A stretch of 50,840 nucleotides of DNA from Oceanospirillales bacterium (GTDB lineage Bacteria > Pseudomonadota > Gammaproteobacteria > Xanthomonadales > SZUA-38). Position numbers and translations under genes: made by a program. Shown piece after piece: positions 1 to 8,141 of the stretch. The stretch is from NCBI GenBank assembly GCA_003233095.1, contig QIKT01000180.1:1-50840 (forward strand). Direction: 5' to 3'. The stretch's first letter is position 1; each line of letters begins with the position of its first letter. The notes beneath the pieces were generated by a model. It was not told where the DNA came from. It worked only from the letters and a program-made list of their open reading frames with translations, and made no database searches.

Positions 1-456
1 CGCTGCGGTTTCAGCCAGCGTCATGCCGGCAAAATAGCGCAGTTCCACGATCTGACGAGCCACCGAGTCGATGCCTTCGAGCTCATTGAGCTTGTCGTCC
101 AGAATGCCCCAGTCGCTGATGCCGTCCGGCGCCGGAATTTCGATGTGAGTGTCGTCAATACGAATGTCGATCTGGTGACCGCCACGTTTTTCGGCGGTGC
201 GTCGCCGGTAGTGATCGACCAGAAACCGTCGCATGGTGTTGGCAAAGGCGATCAGGAATTGGTTCTTGTCGTCCCAGTTGAGCGAGTATTGCTTGAGCAA
301 GCGGAGATAGGTCTCATGAACGATCTCGGTGGTCTGCAGTGTCATCGCAAATGAGCGACGTTTGCGGCTTCGAGCCATGGCCTTGAGTGTGGTCATCAGA
401 GTCTCGAGCAATTCCTCTCGACGCGGATTCTGATTGTCGTCTGATTCTTGTGTCAT
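1..456 (-). CDS. ECF-type RNA polymerase sigma factor (PF07638/TIGR02999-like), 3' end cut by window edge
   Basis: Absent from the ORF track because it runs off the window. Hand translation of the minus strand from ATG at 454-456 gives MTQESDDNQNPRREELLETLMTTLKAMARSRKRRSFAMTLQTTEIVHETYLRLLKQYSLNWDDKNQFLIAFANTMRRFLVDHYRRRTAEKRGG...ARQIVELRYFAGMTLAETAA. The frame stays open to position 1. Confidence 0.7.
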   Translation of the reverse strand, partial: MTQESDDNQNPRREELLETLMTTLKAMARSRKRRSFAMTLQTTEIVHETYLRLLKQYSLNWDDKNQFLIAFANTMRRFLVDHYRRRTAEKRGGHQIDIRIDDTHIEIPAPDGISDWGILDDKLNELEGIDSVARQIVELRYFAGMTLAETAA

Positions 457-689
457 CGGCGAGTGTGTCAGGATGTCAGTGATGGGATTGTTCCAGCTAA
501 GTGGACAAATCCCAGGCAATTAGTTCCTGGTCCGAATCGCTCCAATCAACGTTGCGGATGTTTTCATTCAATCTTTCCCCGCCAGAACGATACCATGTCA
601 GCTATAGGTTGTATTGTGATCCAGTGGTGATGCGAGTCAATCGGGGTCAATCGTGCAGGGGTCACGAAGAGCCTGCACAGGCAAGCCAA

Positions 690-1826
690 TCAGCTGGTGG
701 GTCCCAATGCGTCCAGCGACTGTCTGAGGTCATTGATCAGATCGTTCGGATCCTCCAGCCCAATCGACAATCGCAGCAGACCCACAGGCGAGACACTGTG
801 CTCACCTTCAATCGAGGCACGGTGCTCAATCAGGGTTTCAGGGCCGCCCAGAGAGGTGGCCCGCTTGATCAGTCTCAAGCCGTTGGCCACACCGAAGGCG
901 TTGTCCTGCCCGCCCTGAACCACCATGGACAGCATGCCGCCGAACAGATGCATTTGCCTGCTGGCCAGCGCATGCCCCGGGTCACTCGGCAGTCCGGGGT
1001 AATGCAGATCGATCAGTGCCGGGTGATCCTGCAGCGCCGTGGCTACCGCCATGGCGTTGTCACAGTGCCGCTGCATCCGGGCCGACAGGGTCAGAATGCC
1101 GCGGCGGATCATCCAGCAGTCCATCGGCGACAGCACCAGGCCGGCCAGTGTCTGCATGTCGCGCAGGCCCGGGGTGAGAGCACAGCCGCTGCGCACCACC
1201 ACGGCGCCGCCCATCAGGTCGCTGTGTCCTGCCAGGTATTTTGTACAGGAATGCATCACCAGATCGACGCCCAGCTCCAGCGGCCGCTGCCCCAGTGGTG
1301 TGGCAAAAGTGTTGTCGCAGGCCACCAGAGCTCTCACCTCAGCGGCCAGCTTGCAGGTCGCTTGCAGGTCGGTCATGACCAGCAGTGGATTGGAGGGCGT
1401 TTCTGTCCAGATCAGCCGGGTGTCAGGGCGCAGGTGGTGCTCCAGCTCTTCGAGTCGGGCCATGTCGATGAATTCGACGTCCAGACCCCATGCCATGAAA
1501 TGCGAGCGCAGCACCTTGCCCAATCCGCTGTAGGCGTCGTTAGGCACGAGCACATGATCACCCGGCGTCAGAGACGAGAACACGGCAAAGATCGCCGCCA
1601 TACCGGATGGGTAGGTGATGGCTTGTTCTCCACCTTCGAGCTCGGCCAGACAGACTTCCAGCTGGGTCCGGTTGGGGTTTGAAGTGCGACTGTAGTCATG
1701 TCCGAGCGGGTAGTCACCCTCTTCGGCGCGCTCAAAGGTCGTCGCCGTATGAATGGCCGGCACCAGTGCGCCGCTGGACGGCTCGACCTGAAGGCCGCTG
1801 TGGACAACCTGGCTGTCTTTGTTCAT
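690..1826 (-). CDS. PLP-dependent Cys/Met-metabolism enzyme (cystathionine gamma-synthase / beta-lyase family)
   Basis: 378-aa ORF. Shows a family-typical N-terminus (HSG...ATTFE) and the PLP-lysine motif HSCTKYLAGHSDLMGG. Confidence 0.85.
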   Translation of the reverse strand: MNKDSQVVHSGLQVEPSSGALVPAIHTATTFERAEEGDYPLGHDYSRTSNPNRTQLEVCLAELEGGEQAITYPSGMAAIFAVFSSLTPGDHVLVPNDAYSGLGKVLRSHFMAWGLDVEFIDMARLEELEHHLRPDTRLIWTETPSNPLLVMTDLQATCKLAAEVRALVACDNTFATPLGQRPLELGVDLVMHSCTKYLAGHSDLMGGAVVVRSGCALTPGLRDMQTLAGLVLSPMDCWMIRRGILTLSARMQRHCDNAMAVATALQDHPALIDLHYPGLPSDPGHALASRQMHLFGGMLSMVVQGGQDNAFGVANGLRLIKRATSLGGPETLIEHRASIEGEHSVSPVGLLRLSIGLEDPNDLINDLRQSLDALGPTS

Positions 1827-1827
1827 G

Positions 1828-3447
1828 TCACTCTTCGATTGTCTCGGGCAGCTTGTGAGCGGACTGCTGGCCGTTCTGATGCAGGATCAACCCGTTGATG
1901 GTATCAGCGTCATCCCGTGTGAACTGCAATTGTGCATCGACCACCTTGAAAAAGAAGCGGTCCGTTTCATAGTGGAAGATGGGGTAGGCCGGTTGTCCGG
2001 TCAGTGATGCGGTCAGATGGGTTGGGTTGGCGGCAATGGTGATGATCATTCCCGGGGCCAGCTCGTAGCGGCCCAGGTAAGGACTGAATGCATCGGTAGG
2101 CATCGATACTTCGGTATAGTTTGTAGCGTCCAGCGCCGCTGGAATTCGCGGGCCTCGTTGCTCGACGCCATTTTGAACCAGCCGCAGTTCACCGACCTGG
2201 TCCGCACCATCGCGAATGAATCGGATCGTGGCTCCGATGCTCTTGGCTGTGAACTCATCCTCGGCCTCGGCCACCAGTTCGAAAGGGGGTTGGCCGGTTG
2301 CCTGAGCCATCAGTAAACCGAAACGTTCGAATAAGCTGATCGAGAAGGAGGGGGTCAATCCAAAATGACCGACGTAGTCGCTGTAATCAGGTGAGGCATC
2401 CGAAGTCTGGCCGCCGTGCTCGAGCTGAATGAAGGCAGCCGATGTCAGATCGTATGATGCGTCATTGACCAGCAAGACGATGGCCTGCTCGGTGGCAGGG
2501 CGAAACGCCATCATTGAGCGGAAGCCACCGGTGCCACCGTTGTGCCAGTAGATCGGATCATTTTCTGCAACCAGTCTGATCTGCCAGCCCAGAGCGATGC
2601 CGAGATTCTCGCTGTCCATGAAGCGCGGTGTCATCGCCAGTTGTCTGCTCGCATTGGGTGAGCCCATGTAGCTGTTGAGGAACAGGCTTAGATCGGTCAG
2701 CGAGGAGATCAGGCCACCGGCAGGGTTGTGCACATTGAGATTCCAGTAAGAAGTGGGCTTGCCTTGTGCATGACCGACGGCGGCCAGGTCGGGGATCGCG
2801 CTGAAAGTGGTCGTCTGCATGCCCAGTGGGTCCAGAATCTGCTCTTTCAGCAAGCGCTCATAGGTCGATTCGGCCTCAATGGCCAATAGCTGACCGAGCA
2901 GAGCCGAGCCCAGATTGGAATAGGCAGAAGGCGTCTCAAGCGACTCAGCAGAGAGGCTGCCCAGATAGCTCAGCAGATCGTCCATATCATAGTCCGCATA
3001 GGGATCGGATGGATCGGCCGGTCTGAAATTGGCGGGCAATCGGGGTAGCCCGGATCGGTGAGTGGCCAGTTGTTTCAGGGTGATGGCGGCAATGCTCGGA
3101 TCCAGCACCACTCGATCACCGAGCAGAGAACCGACGGTTTGATCGAGTGTGACCCTCTTTTTGGTGATTTGCTGGGCGAGCAAGGTCGTCGTGAACACCT
3201 TGCTGATGGAGCCGATTTCAAACGCCGTACCTCGACCGGGTGTAGCCTGGCTGTTCGCCTCCAGAAGACCATAGCTGTAAGGTCTGGACTGATCTCCTTC
3301 AATCACAAGAACCACAGCCCCGATGAACTGACCTTCCGCCAGATCATTGTTCAGCTGCTGATCGATGCCGGAATTGAGTGAGGCGGCCTGAGCCGTGATC
3401 GACGCCAGTGTCAGTGCACTGAGCCATACCGGAGGTTGCCATGTCAT
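1828..3447 (-). CDS. secreted serine hydrolase, class C beta-lactamase/esterase family, with two tandem C-terminal accessory domains
   Basis: 539 aa with a signal peptide ([12 protein letters not shown]). Carries the SxxK motif GSISKVF, the YxN motif AYSNLG and an HNGGTGGF third motif. The C-terminal part is an internal repeat. Its stop lies 1 nt from the start of the downstream PLP enzyme gene. Confidence 0.85.
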   Translation of the reverse strand: MTWQPPVWLSALTLASITAQAASLNSGIDQQLNNDLAEGQFIGAVVLVIEGDQSRPYSYGLLEANSQATPGRGTAFEIGSISKVFTTTLLAQQITKKRVTLDQTVGSLLGDRVVLDPSIAAITLKQLATHRSGLPRLPANFRPADPSDPYADYDMDDLLSYLGSLSAESLETPSAYSNLGSALLGQLLAIEAESTYERLLKEQILDPLGMQTTTFSAIPDLAAVGHAQGKPTSYWNLNVHNPAGGLISSLTDLSLFLNSYMGSPNASRQLAMTPRFMDSENLGIALGWQIRLVAENDPIYWHNGGTGGFRSMMAFRPATEQAIVLLVNDASYDLTSAAFIQLEHGGQTSDASPDYSDYVGHFGLTPSFSISLFERFGLLMAQATGQPPFELVAEAEDEFTAKSIGATIRFIRDGADQVGELRLVQNGVEQRGPRIPAALDATNYTEVSMPTDAFSPYLGRYELAPGMIITIAANPTHLTASLTGQPAYPIFHYETDRFFFKVVDAQLQFTRDDADTINGLILHQNGQQSAHKLPETIEE

Positions 3448-3555
3448 CGGTTCGTCCTGTCAGTCATTCAAGTGAGTCATAGTAGTCAAAGGCGGCGGTT
3501 GGTGCCATCCTCAACAGTCACTGCCAGTGAATTGGACGCTGGGTCTGATCAGGTG

Positions 3556-3583
3556 TTGCTTTTGCCAGTGAAGTTGTTAAAAT
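3556..3583 (+). promoter_or_regulatory. candidate sigma70 promoter of rpmBG
   Basis: TTGCTT (3556-3561), a 16-nt spacer, then TAAAAT (3578-3583), about 80 nt upstream of the rpmB ATG. Confidence 0.35.
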
Positions 3584-3660
3584 GCCCCGCTATTTTGCTC
3601 TCAGACAGAAGTACGTGTCTGTGTGCCGATCCCAAACACGTTTACTTAAAGAGAAGTCGC

Positions 3661-3897
3661 ATGGCCAGAGTATGCCAAGTCACAGGAAAATCAGTTATCG
3701 TCGGCAATAATGTGTCGCATGCAAATAACAAGACACGCCGTCGTTTCTTGCCCAACCTGCACACCCACAAGTTCTGGGTCGAGAGCGAAAATCGTTTCGT
3801 CAGCCTGCGGATATCTGCCAAGGGTATGCGTATCATCGACAAGCGCGGCATTGATTCGGTTCTGGCCGACGTGCGTCGTCTTGGTCACAAGGTTTAG
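3661..3897 (+). CDS. rpmB: 50S ribosomal protein L28
   Basis: [65 protein letters not shown], 78 aa. This is the internal ATG of track ORF 3436..3897. Confidence 0.95.
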   Translation: MARVCQVTGKSVIVGNNVSHANNKTRRRFLPNLHTHKFWVESENRFVSLRISAKGMRIIDKRGIDSVLADVRRLGHKV

Positions 3898-3906
3898 GAG
3901 AAGGAC

Positions 3907-4062
3907 ATGAGAGAAAAGATCAGACTGGTGTCCAGCGCCAAGACCGGCCACTTCTACACCACAGACAAGAACAAGAGAAGCATGCCGGAAAAGATGGAAA
4001 TAAAAAAATATGACCCGGTCATTCGCAAGCACGTGATGTACAAGGAAGCCAAAATCAAATAG
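3907..4062 (+). CDS. rpmG: 50S ribosomal protein L33
   Basis: Below the track size cutoff. Hand translation gives [51 protein letters not shown]. It starts 10 nt after rpmB. Confidence 0.95.
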   Translation: MREKIRLVSSAKTGHFYTTDKNKRSMPEKMEIKKYDPVIRKHVMYKEAKIK

Positions 4063-4083
4063 TGCCTTGCGATGCAAGATATG

Positions 4084-4110
4084 AAAGCCCGCTCAATGCG
4101 GGCTTTTTTT
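4084..4110 (+). terminator. Rho-independent terminator of rpmBG
   Basis: Stem AAAGCCCGC, loop TCAAT, stem GCGGGCTTT, followed by a T-run. Confidence 0.8.
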
Positions 4111-4184
4111 ATGTCTGAACATATCCTCAGCTCAAATCTTCGAAACGGCCGGTGTGGTCTCTGCGATGAATTTTACAGCCCGAT

Positions 4185-4218
4185 CCAACTCGCTTAAGAC
4201 TTGTTCAGAGGCTGCTAG
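4185..4218. repeat. solo terminal fragment of the type-1 intergenic repeat fused to the CTGCTAG end of the type-2 repeat
   Basis: CGCTTAAGACTTGTTCAGAGG matches the reverse complement of 38898-38918 exactly over 21 nt. It is followed by CTGCTAG, the same bases that end the type-2 copies at 8094 and 31709. Confidence 0.6.
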
Positions 4219-4607
4219 CGGAGCGTTTCGGCGATGATCAGGTCCAGTTGTTCGAGCACCTTGTCAGCCTCACCGGTTTCCTTGTAGATATCGGAAATCT
4301 TCAATCTGAGCATGGTTCGAATGGCCTGGCGATCGCCGTGTTGTTTGAGCAGTCGCTCGAAGTGCGCGATCGCGCCCGGTGCATCCTTCTTTTTCTCGTA
4401 GACTTCATAAATGCCTTCTATGGCGAGAAAGACCGAGGCTTCTTCACTGCTGGTGGCCGCGACCACCTGATCAACCAGGCTCATGTAGCGACTCATCAGG
4501 TCTACGAATTCTCGGGTCTGGTCATTGTTAGCCGCTTGGGCATTGATGCTGAACACGGACAGCGCAAACACCATGCCGGCGCGGCAAAGGGTCAGTGTGG
4601 ATTTCAT
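4215..4607 (-). CDS. hypothetical secreted helical (TPR-like) protein, last gene of an ECF operon
   Basis: 130 aa with a signal peptide (FALSVFSINAQA). Its start overlaps the sigma gene stop by an ATGA. Confidence 0.55.
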   Translation of the reverse strand: MKSTLTLCRAGMVFALSVFSINAQAANNDQTREFVDLMSRYMSLVDQVVAATSSEEASVFLAIEGIYEVYEKKKDAPGAIAHFERLLKQHGDRQAIRTMLRLKISDIYKETGEADKVLEQLDLIIAETLR

Positions 4608-5176
4608 GTTTGTTCTCCTGTGGAATGATTAAAGCGTTGATTGAGTGCCTGTGACGCACGATACAGGTGCGTCTTGACTGAGCCGCTGCTGATCGAGAGG
4701 GTGGTGGCTGTCTCTTCAGTGGACAGTCCCTCCAGCAGTCTCAGTGTGGCCACCTGTTGTTGCCGTTTGGGCAGGTCGGCCAGAGCCTTGAATACCTGTT
4801 CCAGTTCACGCCGATTCTCAAAGAATTGCGCGCCATCTCTGGACGCATCGGTCTCTGCCGTCGGCGGCTCGGCAGGAAAGCTGATCAGAGAGCGCCGTTG
4901 CTTTCGAATCTGGTCGATCGCCTGATTATTGGCGACCTTGTACAGCCAGGTTCGAAACTTGGCGTGTCGCCACCGGGGTTTTCTGCGTCTGGCCAATGCC
5001 ATGAAGACCTCTTGGGTAATGTCTTCGGCCATGTGGTGATCCTGCAGTCGCGCCAACACCATTCGAAATACGAAATCACTGTGTCGACGAAACAGTTCAC
5101 TCAGCGCAGCCTGGCTGTGGCTGGTAGCGCTGAGCAGGTCCCAGTCATCCTGTTCGGTGGCTGGCGAATGATTCAA
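4604..5176 (-). CDS. ECF RNA polymerase sigma factor
   Basis: 190 aa. Region 2: DITQEVFMALARR...WLYKVANNQAIDQIRKQRR. Region 4: QQQVATLRLLEGLSTEETATTLSISSGSVKTHLYRA. TTG start overlaps the upstream stop (TTGA). Confidence 0.85.
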   Translation of the reverse strand: MNHSPATEQDDWDLLSATSHSQAALSELFRRHSDFVFRMVLARLQDHHMAEDITQEVFMALARRRKPRWRHAKFRTWLYKVANNQAIDQIRKQRRSLISFPAEPPTAETDASRDGAQFFENRRELEQVFKALADLPKRQQQVATLRLLEGLSTEETATTLSISSGSVKTHLYRASQALNQRFNHSTGEQT

Positions 5177-5598
5177 CTGACGTCGTCACCGACTGGCGCA
5201 AAGCCCACTGAGGATCTGGGTCTGGGCGGCACACGCAGGCCAGTCACGCGACCAGAGGACTCTGCGTTGGGCGTGGGCTGCCTGGCCACGGCTGAGCCAA
5301 AACCCTGACCCCATCGCGACAATTCATCAGCGCCCCTGTGCAGGGCGCTGTACGGGTCCGGTTGTGGACGATCGCCGAACGATTGCACGGGTTCACCCGG
5401 TCGATCTGGCAAAGCCAGAGTCAGGGCCAGAACAAGTGTCGCCGCAATGGGAGCAGCAAACCATGCTCGTTGTGCAAACACCTTGCTGTTGCTTGTCTCC
5501 AGTATCGGCACGCTTCGTTCATGACGAAGTTCAGCGAATTGCTGTTGTGCCGTTTGAATGACAGGAGGCAGTGACGTCGGCAGGTTTGAGTGGTTCAT
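5173..5598 (-). CDS. single-pass membrane protein, first gene of the ECF operon (possible non-canonical anti-sigma)
   Basis: 141 aa. Short N-terminal tail, one TM helix (WFAAPIAATLVLALTLAL), then a Pro/Arg-rich C-terminal part. No recognisable domain. Confidence 0.5.
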   Translation of the reverse strand: MNHSNLPTSLPPVIQTAQQQFAELRHERSVPILETSNSKVFAQRAWFAAPIAATLVLALTLALPDRPGEPVQSFGDRPQPDPYSALHRGADELSRWGQGFGSAVARQPTPNAESSGRVTGLRVPPRPRSSVGFAPVGDDVS

Positions 5599-5963
5599 GG
5601 TCAGTCAGCTTCATGCGGATCCTGACAGTGTATCGAATTGACCAGCAGTCTGGTTGACAGGGGTCGAGAATTGACCGGCCTGTGATGGCTTGTCTGGATA
5701 TGAAGTGTTATGGATATTGGCTGTCACAAATCGATGCAGAGTGACATGATTCGCATCTGGGTTTTGGTTCTGACGTTGCTGAGCCTGTGCGCAAGTGGAG
5801 ATGGGGCGGAGCTTGACTCCGATCCTCGGGTCTCAGTGGATGGTGAATGGTTCTATTTCACCTCCGGGCGGACGAAGCCTTTGGACGGCAGCATGTTTTA
5901 GAACCCGTGCCAGCGTTTCTGAGGAAGCCCATGAACGACCACGGCGACGTGTGTGTCGCCGCA

Positions 5964-6006
5964 GAGCCTCATCAAATCAGTCCTCGTGACTGATTTGATG
6001 AGGCTC
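5964..6006. repeat. perfect 19-bp inverted repeat with a 5-nt loop
   Basis: GAGCCTCATCAAATCAGTC, loop ctcgt, GACTGATTTGATGAGGCTC. It straddles the stop codon (5977-5979) of the DUF3301 gene. No flanking T-run. Confidence 0.9.
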
Positions 6007-6306
6007 CAGATCAATGGAGTCGATCCGCTTGCCAAGCATGACCACGGTGCCACGATATCGGCGCGCTCCAGTGGAGGAAAACTCGAATTCATGCTGGGTC
6101 CACAGCGAGAAACGGCCTCTTGAATTTCTGCGCAACCACAGGCGCTTCAATGAGATGCTGCTGTCGAGAATTTGTACGCCGGACTCCTTGCAGCGTCGCG
6201 TCGCGTGAGTGAATGCCAGCTGTTTGAGTGTATTCAGTGACCACCAGAGCGAAAACGCACTGAAGCCGAGCACCGTGAAGATCAGCAGACCGTTCAATGA
6301 GTCCAT
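5977..6306 (-). CDS. DUF3301-like small membrane protein
   Basis: Internal ATG at 6306 is preceded by a GGAGG. Sequence MDSLNGLLIFTVLGFSAFSLWW...RRCKESGVQILDSSISLKRLWLRRNSRGRFSLWTQHEFEFSSTGARRYRGTVVMLG matches my memory of the DUF3301 pattern. Confidence 0.7.
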   Translation of the reverse strand: MDSLNGLLIFTVLGFSAFSLWWSLNTLKQLAFTHATRRCKESGVQILDSSISLKRLWLRRNSRGRFSLWTQHEFEFSSTGARRYRGTVVMLGKRIDSIDLEPHQISHED

Positions 6307-6391
6307 GAAAGAACCTCCAGGTGAATTTGGCGTGCATGTCGATGTGACTTCTGATGGATGATGTTTTTCATCTGTTTGATATGCTATCGAT

Positions 6392-7054
6392 ATGAATAAA
6401 GTCAATTGCATGATTCTCCTGATGGCCCTGACGCACGTGGTTCACGCAGCCCCTCAGAAAGATTTCTTGTGCGAAGATACGCCGCTGGCGATCTATCCGG
6501 ACATCTATTTCACCTGTGAAGGATTGCAGAGCTTCAAGAAAGGTTTTGATACCCACGCTCTTGAACTGTTCAAGCGTGCCTCGCTGTGGGGCAGCAAGGA
6601 AGCTCAGTATCGGGTGGGTCTGTTTTATTTGGGTGGCATCGGAACCGAAGCAGATCCCATGGAAGGGGCAGCCTGGTTGTTGCTGGCCAATGAGCGCAAT
6701 AATCGACAGGTCACCGAGCGGCTCTTGACCGTCATGGCCGTGTTGTCGCCTTTTCAGCAGGGCGAGGTCTCGCAGCGTGCAGCGGTCTTGCGCGAACAGT
6801 ATGGTGATTTTCAGGCACTGGACCGTCGCGATAACTGGGTCCGCATGCAGAAACGCAAAACAACAGGGTCCCGGCTTGGCAAACCGATGGCAACGGTCCG
6901 ATATCTGGGCTCACAAGGGGTCACCGCGGATCAGGCGAATCAATCTCTTGAGCTGTATGTCACCACTCTGCAGGACATCGTGACCAATGTGAATTATCGA
7001 GATTTCGATGTACTTGAAGATGATCAGGATAATGATTCCGAAGATGATTCATAG
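6392..7054 (+). CDS. secreted Sel1-repeat (TPR-like) protein with an acidic tail
   Basis: 220 aa with a signal peptide (ILLMALTHVVHA). Sel1-like unit GSKEAQYRVGLFYLGGIGTEADPMEGAAWLLLA. C-terminus DVLEDDQDNDSEDDS. Confidence 0.7.
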   Translation: MNKVNCMILLMALTHVVHAAPQKDFLCEDTPLAIYPDIYFTCEGLQSFKKGFDTHALELFKRASLWGSKEAQYRVGLFYLGGIGTEADPMEGAAWLLLANERNNRQVTERLLTVMAVLSPFQQGEVSQRAAVLREQYGDFQALDRRDNWVRMQKRKTTGSRLGKPMATVRYLGSQGVTADQANQSLELYVTTLQDIVTNVNYRDFDVLEDDQDNDSEDDS

Positions 7055-7112
7055 TAGTGGGCCATCCACTGGATGTGGTGGAGTCTTCTGAATCAAACTG
7101 TCGCTGTCATGC

Positions 7113-7745
7113 TCAGCTGGATGGTTTGAGCGGCAAAGGGACTTGTGCAGGTTCCACTGACGAATCATCGCCTTTGAAGACTCGTTTGAATTCGCTTCGG
7201 CTGACTGAGATGTAACGTTCGTTTCCGCCCACTTCGACCTGATTGCCGGCCGTCACAGCGCGACCCTGATCATCCACTCGGACCACCATGGTTGCCTTGC
7301 TGCCGGTGTGGCAGATGGTTTTCAGTTCGCGCAATTCATCCGCCCAGGCCAGCAGATACTGACTGCCTTCAAACAACTCCCCGCGAAAGTCCGTTCGGAG
7401 ACCATAGGACAGCACCGGCAACCCCAGCTGATCGACAATATCAGTCAATTGATACACCTGTTGTCGGCTGAGAAACTGGGCTTCATCGACCAGTACACAA
7501 GCCAGTTCATGATTCTGATGAGCCGACTCGGCCAGTCTGTACAGGTCACAGTCTCCTCCGAAGGTTGTAGCCTCTGCGGCCAGACCGATTCGAGAAGTGA
7601 CCTGTCCGACCGAATAGCGATCATCCAGTGATGGGGTAAAAATGAGTGTCTGCATCCCACGCTCTCGATAGTTGTAACTCGATTGCAGGAGGTGGGTGGA
7701 TTTGCCGGCATTCATTGCCGAATAGTAGAAATAAAGTTTGGCCAT
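7113..7745 (-). CDS. tdk: thymidine kinase
   Basis: Internal ATG of track ORF 7113..7961. [38 protein letters not shown]...VLVDEAQFL...[32 protein letters not shown] is collinear with E. coli Tdk. Confidence 0.9.
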   Translation of the reverse strand: MAKLYFYYSAMNAGKSTHLLQSSYNYRERGMQTLIFTPSLDDRYSVGQVTSRIGLAAEATTFGGDCDLYRLAESAHQNHELACVLVDEAQFLSRQQVYQLTDIVDQLGLPVLSYGLRTDFRGELFEGSQYLLAWADELRELKTICHTGSKATMVVRVDDQGRAVTAGNQVEVGGNERYISVSRSEFKRVFKGDDSSVEPAQVPLPLKPSS

Positions 7746-7836
7746 GCGATCAGATGAAGCGGTGTTGGCAGGGCAGTATATCGCTGTTCGAATGTGATGC
7801 CATCTTGGCAGCAACTCTGTGCCTGTTACCAGGGAG

Positions 7837-7988
7837 CCGCTGAACAAGTCGTGAGCGACTGTCTTGAGCGTCAAATCCGTCACTCTGCGTTGCATGAACT
7901 GAGCCATAGCACCACGATGACTCAGTCCATGCGCCTTGATTGGACCCATTTGCCATCTCAACCCAATCCGCCCGGACTTGTTCAGAGG
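7837..7988 (+). repeat. type-1 intergenic repeat (MITE-like, about 152 bp, 14-bp terminal inverted repeats)
   Basis: Ends are CCGCTGAACAAGTC and GACTTGTTCAGAGG. The whole element is the reverse complement of 38898-39051, apart from about a dozen substitutions and two 1-nt indels (hand alignment). Confidence 0.85.
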
Positions 7989-7992
7989 CTTC

Positions 7993-8094
7993 CTTGTTCG
8001 TTAAAGAGCGGTGCTCTTCGCCTCAAAAGATCGAAAAATCTGACTCAAATCAACTTTTCCTCGCTGCGACCCGTTAAGTCCGACAGGCTGCTAG
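7993..8094 (+). repeat. type-2 intergenic repeat (102 bp shared core)
   Basis: Aligns without gaps to 31608-31709 with 8 mismatches in 102 positions (hand count). It directly abuts the type-1 copy. Confidence 0.85.
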
Positions 8095-8141
8095 CAGGGT
8101 TTGCTACACTCTACGGCTGTGCCCCCGCCCAAGGTCTGGCC

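Noticed and set aside
501-1682. 393-aa plus-strand ORF
   Set aside because: It lies entirely antisense to the well-supported PLP enzyme gene. Its composition is Arg/Gln/His/Gly-rich with no motifs, typical of a shadow ORF in GC-rich coding DNA.
5630-5685. Direct repeat GAATTGACC(A/G)GC occurring twice, about 33 nt apart, considered as an ECF-type promoter element
   Set aside because: It lies on the plus strand, while the adjacent ECF operon is transcribed on the minus strand. There is no matching -10 element. It is too short to distinguish from chance.
5746-5901. Possible 51-aa secreted peptide (MIRIWVLVLTLLSLCASGDG...)
   Set aside because: It has a signal-like N-terminus, but the lipobox is poor (Leu at -1), there is no clear SD and there is no homology I can recall. 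The evidence is insufficient to call it a gene.
7746-8141. N-terminal extensions of the tdk (to 7961) and rep (from 7794) track ORFs
   Set aside because: Homology to Tdk and Rep starts at 7745 and 8142. The extensions are read-through across the intergenic repeats, and the same pseudo-peptide appears at the 38752..39024 ORF.
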